Shown here one piece after another: positions 19,321 through 28,374 of a stretch of 38,375 nucleotides of DNA. The stretch lies in assembly GCA_947626325.1 (NCBI GenBank), contig CANQRT010000001.1, forward strand, positions 1-38,375. Reading direction: 5' to 3'. Origin of the DNA: Candidatus Gastranaerophilales bacterium. Its GTDB lineage: Bacteria > Cyanobacteriota > Vampirovibrionia > Gastranaerophilales > Gastranaerophilaceae. The notes under the pieces were generated by a model, which worked only from the letters and a program-made list of their open reading frames with translations, was not told the origin of the DNA and ran no database searches. Position 1 is the first letter of the stretch; each line of letters begins with the position of its first letter. The position numbers were made by a program, and so were the translations under genes.

Positions 19321-21061
19321 TTATTTAGATTTATATTTGAATAAAATTTCTCAAACAGCACAGCAGCAAATGCCTCCTATGCCTACTGCAGTATTGGCTG
19401 CTAAAGTTGAACCTGCTGTTATTCAGCCTTTAGGCACAAATGTTCTTGAAAAGTATTTGCAAAATCAAGGAAATTCAGCTGTTCTTTGTGTTACTCCAGT
19501 TAATGCAAATTCTGCAAATGGAGAATACAAAAATAATTTAAGAAGTAAATTTAAAAATAATGAAGCGGTTATAATGGGTGTAATCATTAGAAGCATGGGT
19601 GCTCAAAACCGCAGTGGCAATCAGCTTTTAAGAGACGGTGATATAAAAGGTACCTTTAATAATGCTGTCAACAGGCTGGATGAATTAAAGAAATTAGGAA
19701 TAAATACTTTACATGTACTTCCTGTTAATCCTCCTGGAAAACAAAATGCAATGGGAACGGCAGGTTCATTATATTCCCCTGCTGACTTTTTAAAAATTGA
19801 TCCTGCTTTAGATGATCCTAATGATCCAAAAACTGTAAAAGAAGAATTTAAAAACTTTATAAATGAATGTCATAAACGTGGTATAAGTGTAATGCTTGAT
19901 TTACCAAGCTGTGCTTCTTATGATTTATTTAAAGAAAGACCTGAATTAATGGCGTTTGAAAAAGACGGAACGCCGAAGACTCCAGGAGGCTGGAATGATA
20001 TTAGAATGTTCTCGCCTTGGAAAGATGAATCAAAACGTGAATTAAATCCTGAATTATTACAAATGCACAAAGACTTTGTTGATATGTGTATAGATTTAGG
20101 TATTGACGGTATAAGAAGCGATGTTGCAAGAACAAAACCGACTGAGTTTTGGGATATCTTAATTAATTATTCTAGGTCAAAAGATCCTGAATTTGCTTGG
20201 CTTGCAGAAAGCTATACTTATGAGGATGCTTCACCTCAATTAAATATGGATTATGACCGACCAGAAGATTCTTTAAGAGCAGGTTTTGACAGTTATTACG
20301 GTCAATATCATATATTCCATGAATGGACAAAGGCTCAAGATTTATATGATTATGTTGAAGAAAATATTAATATGTCGCAAGATTTGGATAAAGGAAAATC
20401 ATTAATTGGTTCATTTGGTACTCATGATGATATTTCAATAATGAACCACGGCGGTGTTATTTATACTAACTTAGTATCAGGTTTACAGGCAACATTACCA
20501 ATGTTAAACCCTTATTACTTTGACGGTTATCAAACAGGTGATGATTATATTTATGATTTTGAAGGTACAACAGATGAACAAACAGATACAGACTCTAATG
20601 AATGTACCGTTCATAGAGGCAGACCTGATATATTTAACTTCTCCAGACCATTAATAGGTAAATATCCTGAATGTGGTGATTTTATGCAAAATACCCTTTC
20701 TGTAAGAAATAATGAAAAATACCATGATATTTTAACTAAAGGTTCATTTATTCCTTTAAAAGTTAATAAAAATGACCACGACCAGATAATTACATTTGTA
20801 AGACATTTAAATGGAAAAACTTTACTTGTTGTTGCAAATAGAGATGTAAACGCAAGACAGGCTGGGGTTATTGATATTCCAGATTTAAAATCTAATCAAA
20901 AATTAACAAATTTATTCAAATCCTATGGAGATAACAGTGAATTTCAAGTTTCAGACGGTAAATTAACTGCTGATTTAGGCCCTGGCAGAATTCACCTCTT
21001 TGAAATAGATACTCCAAATATTGAAAAATCAGGGTTAAAAGTATTTAAACAAAATGTCTAA
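19313..21061 (+). CDS. Glycoside hydrolase family 13 (alpha-amylase superfamily) protein, divergent, with no signal peptide
   Basis: 582 aa. GH13 regions: GINTLHVLPVNP (beta2-3), MLDLPSCAS (region I), GIDGIRSDVART (region II, nucleophile Asp), AWLAESY (region III, acid/base Glu), GSFGTHDD (region IV), and a C-terminal beta-domain (ITFVRHLNGKTLLVVANRD...LGPGRIHLFEI). The start overlaps the upstream gene by 8 nt (ATGGCTAG). Confidence 0.8.
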   Translation: MASYLDLYLNKISQTAQQQMPPMPTAVLAAKVEPAVIQPLGTNVLEKYLQNQGNSAVLCVTPVNANSANGEYKNNLRSKFKNNEAVIMGVIIRSMGAQNRSGNQLLRDGDIKGTFNNAVNRLDELKKLGINTLHVLPVNPPGKQNAMGTAGSLYSPADFLKIDPALDDPNDPKTVKEEFKNFINECHKRGISVMLDLPSCASYDLFKERPELMAFEKDGTPKTPGGWNDIRMFSPWKDESKRELNPELLQMHKDFVDMCIDLGIDGIRSDVARTKPTEFWDILINYSRSKDPEFAWLAESYTYEDASPQLNMDYDRPEDSLRAGFDSYYGQYHIFHEWTKAQDLYDYVEENINMSQDLDKGKSLIGSFGTHDDISIMNHGGVIYTNLVSGLQATLPMLNPYYFDGYQTGDDYIYDFEGTTDEQTDTDSNECTVHRGRPDIFNFSRPLIGKYPECGDFMQNTLSVRNNEKYHDILTKGSFIPLKVNKNDHDQIITFVRHLNGKTLLVVANRDVNARQAGVIDIPDLKSNQKLTNLFKSYGDNSEFQVSDGKLTADLGPGRIHLFEIDTPNIEKSGLKVFKQNV

Positions 21062-21072
21062 CGGTGATAAAT

Positions 21073-21363
21073 ATGCGTATAAATTCAATTAACAGTGTAA
21101 ATAGAATAAAATTTGCTTCTAATCCATCTGAGAATAAAAGTTCCAAGCAGCAAAATTTATCCTCGGATGAACTGCTTATTAAAAAAACAAAGAAAACAGC
21201 AAGGCTGTGTTTATTAATTGTAACAGGTTTGGCTGTATTATATTTTGCATTTATACGTAACCATAAGATAAATAAAAAAATATCATTTGATAAAATTATG
21301 AACAAAAAAGCTCAAGCAGCCAAACCATTTGTTGAAAACGTTGAAAACTTATGTTTTAACTAA
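21073..21363 (+). CDS. Hypothetical small single-pass membrane protein (96 aa from ATG 21073; the track starts at GTG 21064)
   Basis: GGTGA 6 nt upstream of ATG 21073. There is one TM (LCLLIVTGLAVLYFAFI) flanked by Lys-rich segments. Its 3' end overlaps the convergent deoC by 15 nt. Coding status is less certain than for its neighbours. Confidence 0.45.
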   Translation: MRINSINSVNRIKFASNPSENKSSKQQNLSSDELLIKKTKKTARLCLLIVTGLAVLYFAFIRNHKINKKISFDKIMNKKAQAAKPFVENVENLCFN

Positions 21364-21999
21364 ATTAACTCCTGAGCTTGTGCCAAGTCTTATTGCGCCT
21401 GCTTCTATAAGTTGTAATGCCTGTTCTCTTGTTTTAATTCCGCCTGATGCTTTTATTTTTACATTTGTATTTTTTAAGATGTCATTCATTAATTTCACAT
21501 CTTCAATTTTTGCGCCTAGTCCATTTTTAACAAATCCCGTCGAGGTCTTGGCAAAGTCTGCACCTGATTTTAATATAATTTCACACGCTTTTTTAATTTC
21601 ATCTGTTGTGAGTAAATCTGTTTCAATTATTACTTTTAAAGGAATTTCACCGCAAGAATGTTTTACAGTTTTAATATCTTCTAAAGTGTATTCATAATCT
21701 TTATCTTTTAATGATTGAACATTAATAACCATATCAATCTCATCAGCCCCAAATTTAATAGCTTTTTCGGCTTCAAATGCTTTTACTTCGCTTAAACAAG
21801 CGCCCAAAGGAAATCCTACTACTGAAACCACTTTAACCGAGCTGTTTTTTAATTGTTCTTTCACTAATTTCACATTTGAGCTGTTAACACAGACTCCTAA
21901 AAAGTTGTACTGTTTAGCCTCATCACATAATTTAATGAGGTCTTGTTTTGTTGCATCCTGCTTTAACAGAGTATGTTCTATGTATTTGTTTAATTCCAT
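21349..21999 (-). CDS. deoC: Deoxyribose-phosphate aldolase
   Basis: 216 aa with IEHTLLKQDATKQDL, GVCVNSSNV, VVGFPLGA, DEIDMVIN and FAKTSTGF (Schiff-base Lys), ending in IKASGGIKT. Confidence 0.9.
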   Translation of the reverse strand: MELNKYIEHTLLKQDATKQDLIKLCDEAKQYNFLGVCVNSSNVKLVKEQLKNSSVKVVSVVGFPLGACLSEVKAFEAEKAIKFGADEIDMVINVQSLKDKDYEYTLEDIKTVKHSCGEIPLKVIIETDLLTTDEIKKACEIILKSGADFAKTSTGFVKNGLGAKIEDVKLMNDILKNTNVKIKASGGIKTREQALQLIEAGAIRLGTSSGVNLVKT

Positions 22000-22001
22000 A
22001 T

Positions 22002-22769
22002 TTACCTTATACTTTCAAGAATTTGGCTTGTTTTAAATCTTTTGGGCGAATAGTATTCAATATAATCTTTTAAAAGATTAATGCAAATAGTGCATATTTT
22101 TTCAGTTACGACATTATCGTATTGGGTTTGAGTTGTAAAATCTGCTTTGGAAATAGTATTAAGAAATTCTACAATTTTAAACGGGATTTTAATTTTTTTA
22201 TGTATGTCATAAGCGCAATGAGCGCATAAAATTCCGCCATGTTCTATTGAAAAGTACAATTCTTCTTCATTTTTAACGGAGTTATTACATCTTACACAGG
22301 ATAAAAGCTGAATAGCATAACCTGTAATATCCATAATTTTAAGCTGAAATTTTAGCACGCACAGCATAATTTGTTCTTTTGTCGATGCATTTGAAATTGT
22401 TTCAAGAAAAGTATAAAACAGGTTAAAAATTTCTTCACTGTTAGGGTCATTTTCAATACCGAAGTTAGAAACGATTTCAGAACAATACATTGAATAAAAA
22501 AGTTTATTCATATCGCAGCGGAGTTTATAGAAAGTATTTAAGGCTTCAGCCTGACATATAGTATCAAGATTATTGCCTTTATTAAGCATAAGTTTATTAG
22601 CAACTAATAAGTCCATTCTTCCGCCCAGTTTGCTTGTTGTTTTTTTTATTCCTTTAGCAACTGCACGGATAATGCCTTTTTCCTTTGAATACATAACCAT
22701 AATTTTATCAGCTTCGCTGATATTGTATGATTTAAGATTAATAACGTTTGTTGTAAATTGTTCTTTCAT
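22002..22769 (-). CDS. recO: DNA repair protein RecO
   Basis: 255 aa with an N-terminal OB fold (NVINLKSYNISEADKIMVMYSKEKGIIRAVAKGIKK) and a Cys4 zinc motif (CVRCNN...CAHC). Confidence 0.8.
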   Translation of the reverse strand: MKEQFTTNVINLKSYNISEADKIMVMYSKEKGIIRAVAKGIKKTTSKLGGRMDLLVANKLMLNKGNNLDTICQAEALNTFYKLRCDMNKLFYSMYCSEIVSNFGIENDPNSEEIFNLFYTFLETISNASTKEQIMLCVLKFQLKIMDITGYAIQLLSCVRCNNSVKNEEELYFSIEHGGILCAHCAYDIHKKIKIPFKIVEFLNTISKADFTTQTQYDNVVTEKICTICINLLKDYIEYYSPKRFKTSQILESIR

Positions 22770-23860
22770 TAAAATTCCGTCTTGCTTCCAGAGTATACGC
22801 CTCTAATGTAGTGCATAAGTTCATTAGGGTTATCCGAATTTTCAAGTGCTGTTTCTTTTGAAATAATACCTTTTTTAAACAAATCATATAAAGACATATT
22901 AAAGGTAATCATATCATCATAAGAACCTTTTTGAACGAGTTTATAAATTTCCTCAAGCTCGTCTTTAATAATAAAATCTTTGATTGTAGGAGTAGAAACA
23001 AGCAGTTCAACTGCGGGCATTCTTCCTGTTCCGTCGGATTTGGGCAGGAGTTTTTGCGATATAGAGCCTCTAAATACTTCTGAAAATTGTTTTCTTACTG
23101 CTTCACGCTGTTCTGGGCGATAAAAACTTAAAATACGGTTAATTGTTTGAATTGCATTATATGTATGCAGAGTTGCAAAAACAAGATGCCCTGTTTCTGC
23201 AGCGTGAAGTGCGCTTTGAACCGTATCCATATCTCTTATTTCACCAATTAAGATAACATCAGGGTCTTGACGGAGTGCGAATTTAAGTCCGTCAAGATAA
23301 TTTGCTGTATCAAGTCCGATTTGTCTTTGGGTGAATATGGAATTTTTACTTTTATAAACGTATTCAATCGGATCTTCTATTGTAACTATATGTTTTTTTT
23401 GATGAATATTTATGTTTTCAATAATAGAAGCAATTGTTGTGGATTTTCCAGAGCCTGCAACACCTGTTACAAGTACAATTCCATTATCAAATTGAGAAAA
23501 TTGTTCAAGTGTATGAGGAAGATGCAAATCATCAAAAGTTGGAATTTCATAAGGTACAAGTCTTATAGTCATAGAGTGATACCCAAAAGACATTGCTATA
23601 TTAACTCTAAACCTGCTAACACCATCAATTTCATAAGGAAAATCAGTATCATAAGAATTAAAAATTTTATCACGCATTGAAACGGGAGCCATTGTATCAA
23701 TAGCTTCAATCATATTATCTTCCGTTACTGGTGCAAGTTTAGATTTTATAATCTTTCCGTTAATTCTAAAAGCAGGTACTTCCCCTACTATAAAGTGCAA
23801 ATCGGAGGCTTTAAGCTCAGCTGCCTTTTGAAGTAAAGAATTTATTGTATATTCGCTCAT
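22769..23860 (-). CDS. pilT: Type IV pilus retraction (twitching motility) ATPase, PilT family
   Basis: 363 aa with ASDLHFIVGEVPAFRINGK, Walker A GVAGSGKST, PDVILIGEIRD and GHLVFATLHT. Confidence 0.85.
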   Translation of the reverse strand: MSEYTINSLLQKAAELKASDLHFIVGEVPAFRINGKIIKSKLAPVTEDNMIEAIDTMAPVSMRDKIFNSYDTDFPYEIDGVSRFRVNIAMSFGYHSMTIRLVPYEIPTFDDLHLPHTLEQFSQFDNGIVLVTGVAGSGKSTTIASIIENINIHQKKHIVTIEDPIEYVYKSKNSIFTQRQIGLDTANYLDGLKFALRQDPDVILIGEIRDMDTVQSALHAAETGHLVFATLHTYNAIQTINRILSFYRPEQREAVRKQFSEVFRGSISQKLLPKSDGTGRMPAVELLVSTPTIKDFIIKDELEEIYKLVQKGSYDDMITFNMSLYDLFKKGIISKETALENSDNPNELMHYIRGVYSGSKTEF

Positions 23861-23953
23861 TTTAAATATTCCCCAAATTATATTAATAGTATATAACTTT
23901 TTTTAAAGGAAACAAATAAATTTACATTAGAAATTTTAATCTATGTAAAGTTT

Positions 23954-23982
23954 TTGACTATTACGTGTATTTGTTGTGTAAT
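23954..23982 (+). promoter_or_regulatory. Candidate sigma70-type promoter for the smc operon
   Basis: TTGACT (23954-23959), a 17-nt spacer, then TGTAAT (23977-23982). It lies about 30 nt upstream of the TTG start. Confidence 0.35.
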
Positions 23983-24013
23983 AAAAAATGTCTAGGCATG
24001 GGTATTACCAAAA

Positions 24014-27000
24014 TTGTATATAAAAGAACTGGAAGTCGACAATTTTAAATCATTTGCAAATGATATGACAATCCCGTTTTTAAAAGGATTTACGACAATC
24101 GCAGGTCCGAACGGTTCGGGGAAAAGTAATATCATAGACTCTATTTTATTTGCACTCGGGTTTGCGAGTGCAAGAAATCTGCGTATGGAGCAGGTTTCTG
24201 AGTTTATATCAACGCATACCAAAAAAAATGAAGCGTTTGTTAAAGTGATATTTGCTCCTGAAAACAATGAAGAAGAACAAATAAGCGTTGCAAGGCGGTT
24301 AAAAAAGTCATCACAAGGCTATATTAGTACTTATTATTTGAATGATAAAGCTTCAACTCTTACTGATATACATTCAAAGCTTGAAAAATACAGAATTACT
24401 CCGAATAGTTACAATGTAATGATGCAAAATGACGTTATGAGCATTACAAATTGCTCGCCAAAAGACAGGCGCGGGATTATTGATGAAATAGCAGGAGTTG
24501 CAGATTTTAATAGAAGAATTGAAAAGGCGCAGGATGAACTTTTAACTGTTGAAAAACGTGTTGATGATGCTAATTTAATTCTGACTCAAATAGATGAAAC
24601 TATTACAAGACTTGCAGATGAGAAAGAAACTGCTTTAAAATATCAAAAATTAAAAACCGAAAAAGTTCAGCTGGAAAGTCAAATAACAAGCGTAAAATAT
24701 TTTGATTTTAAACGAAATTTAGAGCTTGCTCATCAAAATATTTTAGACTCTAACAAAAAGAAAAAAGAAGAAGAAGAAAATTTAAGAAAACTTGAGGAGT
24801 CTTTAATTGAGATAAAAAAACGTCATAGCGAGATATCAGAACTTGTAAAAAATAACGGCGAAGCTGAACAAATAGAAACTAAAAAGCAGTTAGAGGAGTT
24901 AAAAGGTCAGATATCACGTAAAGAAATGGCGATAAGCTCTGTTGAAAAGACTATACATGATAATTTAAAGACAATAGAAAACTCTAAAAACGGCATTGAG
25001 AATAATAAAGAAAAAATTGAAAAAATCAATTTAAAAATAGAAGAAAAAAAAGCTGAAATTAAAGCAATTGAAGAAAATATAAAAGTGCAGGAAGCAGAGC
25101 TTCAAAAAATACTTGAAGAAGTTTCAGGATTAAATAAAAATGCGGATAAACAGCTTGAAGAAAGAAACAATCTAAAAAAAGAACTTGAAAAATTAAAAGA
25201 AGAAGAATGGAATACACGAAATGAAAGCCTGCCTTTAGAAACAGAGCTTGCAGGGTATAAAAAAGATATAGAAAATGCCAAAAAATCGCTGGCAGAATTA
25301 ACGGCATTTAAAACAAATTACAAGGATAATAAGGATAAACTTGCGCTTCAAGTTGAAGAATTGACCAAAGAAATGGAAGCTTGCAAAATAGCGCAGGAAA
25401 ATGTCGTATACAATTTAGATAAAAATAAAAATGAGTTATCTGATTTAATGCACGATGTGCAAATGGCGCAAAGGAAATTAATAACACTTGAAGCTCAAAA
25501 AACTGCTAATGAGGAAGTAACGCTTGGCAGAGGCATAGATAGTATAATAAAAGCTAAGATAAAAGGAGTACATGCTCCGTTATTGCAATTAGGCAGTGTG
25601 GATAAAGAACATTCAACAGCTCTGGAAGTAGCAATGGGCGCAAGAATGAAGAATATTGTTGTTGATGATGAAGAAACAGCAAGACATTGTATAGATTATT
25701 TAAAATCATCAAGAGCAGGCACAGCTACATTTTTGCCGTTAAATAGAATGAAAAAAGCGCCTAACAGTTTAAAAATGCCTAAGGAAAAAGGAGTTGTCGA
25801 TTACGCTATAAATCTTGTGGATTTTGATGATAAATATTTAGATGCGTTTTATTATGCACTCGGCGAAACTTTGATTGTGGAAGATTACGACAGTGCAAAA
25901 AGATTAATTGGAAAGTACCGCTTAGTAACTTTAGACGGAAGTTTATTTGAAAAATCTGGTGCTATAACAGGCGGTGATAGGCAATCAAGCGGATTAAAAT
26001 TCAGCCAAAATCAAGATGAGGAACTTGATAAGTATAAAGAACGCTTTGCACAATTGCAAAAGCAATATTCTGCGCTTGAAAAAACAAGGGAAGAACTTGA
26101 AGCACAGCGCGAAAAAATAAGAGCTAATTACTCAAACACAATGACAGCTTTAAACAGCGCTAAAATAGAGCTGAATAATCTTAACAATAACTCGCAAAAT
26201 AATGAGCAAAAAATAGAAGAATATAATAAAACTATTAAAGACAACGAGCCTAAAGTTCAAAATATTGAGAAAAAACTTGAAAAATATGAAGAAAAGCTTG
26301 TTGCGTTAAATGAAAAAATGGTAATTCTTCAAGATAAAATTGCAGAAATTGAAAGCAAAATGTCAGAGGGCGAACTTAAAAAACTCAAAGAAATGACTTC
26401 TGCTATCGAAAATCAAATAAAAGAGTATCAAAATAAAATATTAAGGTTTAATAATGAAATCAATGAAATGAAAAGAGATATTGATTTTAATGAACTATTT
26501 ATTAAAACAAAAGAAGAACAAATCCAAAAACTCTTAAAAGATAATGAAACTGCGCAGGCGGATAAAATAAAATTCTCTGATGAAATAAAGGAAATAGAAG
26601 TAAAAGCTCAGGTGCTTGAAGAAAAGATAAAGTCGCTTGGAGAAAAGCTTTTAGAACTGCAAAAACAGCGTGATTTAATTCAAGAGGAGCTTTTAAATGC
26701 AGAAACTCAAAAGAATAAAATAAATAATGAGATAGAAAAATTAAATGAACAAGTAGAGGCATTTAAAGCAAGAAGACGTGAACTTGAACCTCAATTAGAA
26801 GAAATAATAAATGAATTAAAGGCAAATGATATAAATATAAATACCTTGACTCCTACTGAAATATCGACAGAGGAAATAACAGGTAAAATCCAGCGTTTGC
26901 AAAAGCGTATGGAGGAAATGGAACCTGTAAATATGCTTGCAATACAAGCGTATGATGAAGTAAAAGCTAAGCAGGAGGAGAAAAAAGAGCAGATTGCAAC

Positions 27001-27511
27001 ATTAACTAATGAGCGAAAAGAAATACTGGCTAAAATGACAGGTTATGAACAGGTAAAAAAAGAAACGTTTTTAAAAACATTTAATAACATAAATGATAAT
27101 TTTAAAGAAATATTTGCCAGATTATCTGAAGGCGAGGGAATGCTTGTATTAGAAAATCCTGAAAACCCGTTTGAAGGCGGTTTAACTATAGAAGCTCAAC
27201 ACAGAGATAAGAAAAAACAAAAACTTGGGGCAATGTCAGGCGGTGAAAAATCTTTAACAGCACTAGCTTTGGTATTTGCTATTCAAAAATATATGCCTGC
27301 ACCTTTTTATGCGCTGGATGAGGTTGATGCAAGCCTTGATGAAATCAATGTAAACAGAGTTGCAGATATGATACAAGAGCAAGCAAAAAATACGCAATTT
27401 ATAGTAGTTAGTCACAAGAAATCTATGGTAGAATCAGCTAATAGGACAATAGGTGTAACTCAAAAAGAACATGGAAAAACCCATGTAACAGGCGTTAAGT
27501 TTAGGGAATAA
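24014..27511 (+). CDS. smc: Chromosome partition protein SMC (TTG start)
   Basis: 1165 aa with MYIKELEVDNFKSF, Walker A GPNGSGKSN, long coiled coils flanking a hinge (GVHAPLLQLGSV...), the signature MSGGEKSLTALALVFAIQ, and Walker B FYALDEVDASLD. Confidence 0.95.
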   Translation: MYIKELEVDNFKSFANDMTIPFLKGFTTIAGPNGSGKSNIIDSILFALGFASARNLRMEQVSEFISTHTKKNEAFVKVIFAPENNEEEQISVARRLKKSSQGYISTYYLNDKASTLTDIHSKLEKYRITPNSYNVMMQNDVMSITNCSPKDRRGIIDEIAGVADFNRRIEKAQDELLTVEKRVDDANLILTQIDETITRLADEKETALKYQKLKTEKVQLESQITSVKYFDFKRNLELAHQNILDSNKKKKEEEENLRKLEESLIEIKKRHSEISELVKNNGEAEQIETKKQLEELKGQISRKEMAISSVEKTIHDNLKTIENSKNGIENNKEKIEKINLKIEEKKAEIKAIEENIKVQEAELQKILEEVSGLNKNADKQLEERNNLKKELEKLKEEEWNTRNESLPLETELAGYKKDIENAKKSLAELTAFKTNYKDNKDKLALQVEELTKEMEACKIAQENVVYNLDKNKNELSDLMHDVQMAQRKLITLEAQKTANEEVTLGRGIDSIIKAKIKGVHAPLLQLGSVDKEHSTALEVAMGARMKNIVVDDEETARHCIDYLKSSRAGTATFLPLNRMKKAPNSLKMPKEKGVVDYAINLVDFDDKYLDAFYYALGETLIVEDYDSAKRLIGKYRLVTLDGSLFEKSGAITGGDRQSSGLKFSQNQDEELDKYKERFAQLQKQYSALEKTREELEAQREKIRANYSNTMTALNSAKIELNNLNNNSQNNEQKIEEYNKTIKDNEPKVQNIEKKLEKYEEKLVALNEKMVILQDKIAEIESKMSEGELKKLKEMTSAIENQIKEYQNKILRFNNEINEMKRDIDFNELFIKTKEEQIQKLLKDNETAQADKIKFSDEIKEIEVKAQVLEEKIKSLGEKLLELQKQRDLIQEELLNAETQKNKINNEIEKLNEQVEAFKARRRELEPQLEEIINELKANDININTLTPTEISTEEITGKIQRLQKRMEEMEPVNMLAIQAYDEVKAKQEEKKEQIATLTNERKEILAKMTGYEQVKKETFLKTFNNINDNFKEIFARLSEGEGMLVLENPENPFEGGLTIEAQHRDKKKQKLGAMSGGEKSLTALALVFAIQKYMPAPFYALDEVDASLDEINVNRVADMIQEQAKNTQFIVVSHKKSMVESANRTIGVTQKEHGKTHVTGVKFRE

Positions 27512-27517
27512 AATTAA

Positions 27518-28369
27518 ATGTTAAATCCAAAGGATACAAATAATTTTTATATAGAAAGTTCAACCGAATCATATAAAAAAGATTTGGGCTTTGACGCTGA
27601 AGCAATAATTGAAAGTCCTCAAGAGGAAACAGACGGTATAGAAATTCTTGTGCAAATGGCTAAGCAGGGCAAAATTGATCCTTGGAATATTGATATAGCT
27701 GATATTGCAAATAAATATATGCTCCATTTAGCGCAAACAAAATCAAATAATTTAAGGACAAGTTCAAGAGCATTATTTTTCCTTGCTGTATTATTAAAAT
27801 TAAAATCTAATGTACTTGTAGGGCTCGACCCTATGGAGTTTGAAGCTACTTCAAATAATAATGATTTTCTTGATGATGAAATGCCGCCAGAAGAGGATAT
27901 GTATCAGGATTATCCTAATAATGTAATTCCTTTAAACGAAATCATACAGCGCAGAACCAGTATAAAACTTAATAGAAACAGAATAGTAACCTTAAAAGAT
28001 TTAATCCGTCAGTTAGAGTTTTATGAAGAACTTGATAAAAAACAGGCATTAAAAAACTCTTTAGAACGAGCAAAAAGACGTGTTCACAGTTATAAAAATA
28101 TGTCCTCTGACGACATTATAAATCTTGCTCAAGAAGAATACATTGAAAGCGGAGTAAAAATTCTGCATGAAAATCTTATAAAAATATTTGAAAAAGAAGA
28201 CAAGGTGGAATTAAATACTCTGACTCTTTTAGGACTTGATAAGATAACAGCTTATATTTCGTTATTATTTTTAACTGCGGAAAGTGATTTTGATTTAGAG
28301 CAGAAAGAATTTTATTCGGACTTATATGTCATTAAAAAAGAACCTGTTATGGAACAAAAAGAGGCGTAA
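27518..28369 (+). CDS. scpA: Segregation and condensation protein A (kleisin)
   Basis: 283 aa immediately after smc, with KIDPWNIDIADIANKYMLHL and a C-terminal winged-helix-like region. Confidence 0.8.
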   Translation: MLNPKDTNNFYIESSTESYKKDLGFDAEAIIESPQEETDGIEILVQMAKQGKIDPWNIDIADIANKYMLHLAQTKSNNLRTSSRALFFLAVLLKLKSNVLVGLDPMEFEATSNNNDFLDDEMPPEEDMYQDYPNNVIPLNEIIQRRTSIKLNRNRIVTLKDLIRQLEFYEELDKKQALKNSLERAKRRVHSYKNMSSDDIINLAQEEYIESGVKILHENLIKIFEKEDKVELNTLTLLGLDKITAYISLLFLTAESDFDLEQKEFYSDLYVIKKEPVMEQKEA

Positions 28370-28374
28370 TCAAG

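Noticed and set aside
16023-21363. Interpreting the unknown operon as a polysaccharide-utilisation locus or starch-uptake system
   Set aside because: There are no SusC/SusD-like or ABC/MFS transporter genes and no solute-binding protein. The GH13 has no signal peptide, so an extracellular degradative role is not supported.
21329-21697. A 122-aa plus-strand ORF
   Set aside because: It is antisense to deoC, whose translation carries the canonical aldolase motifs.
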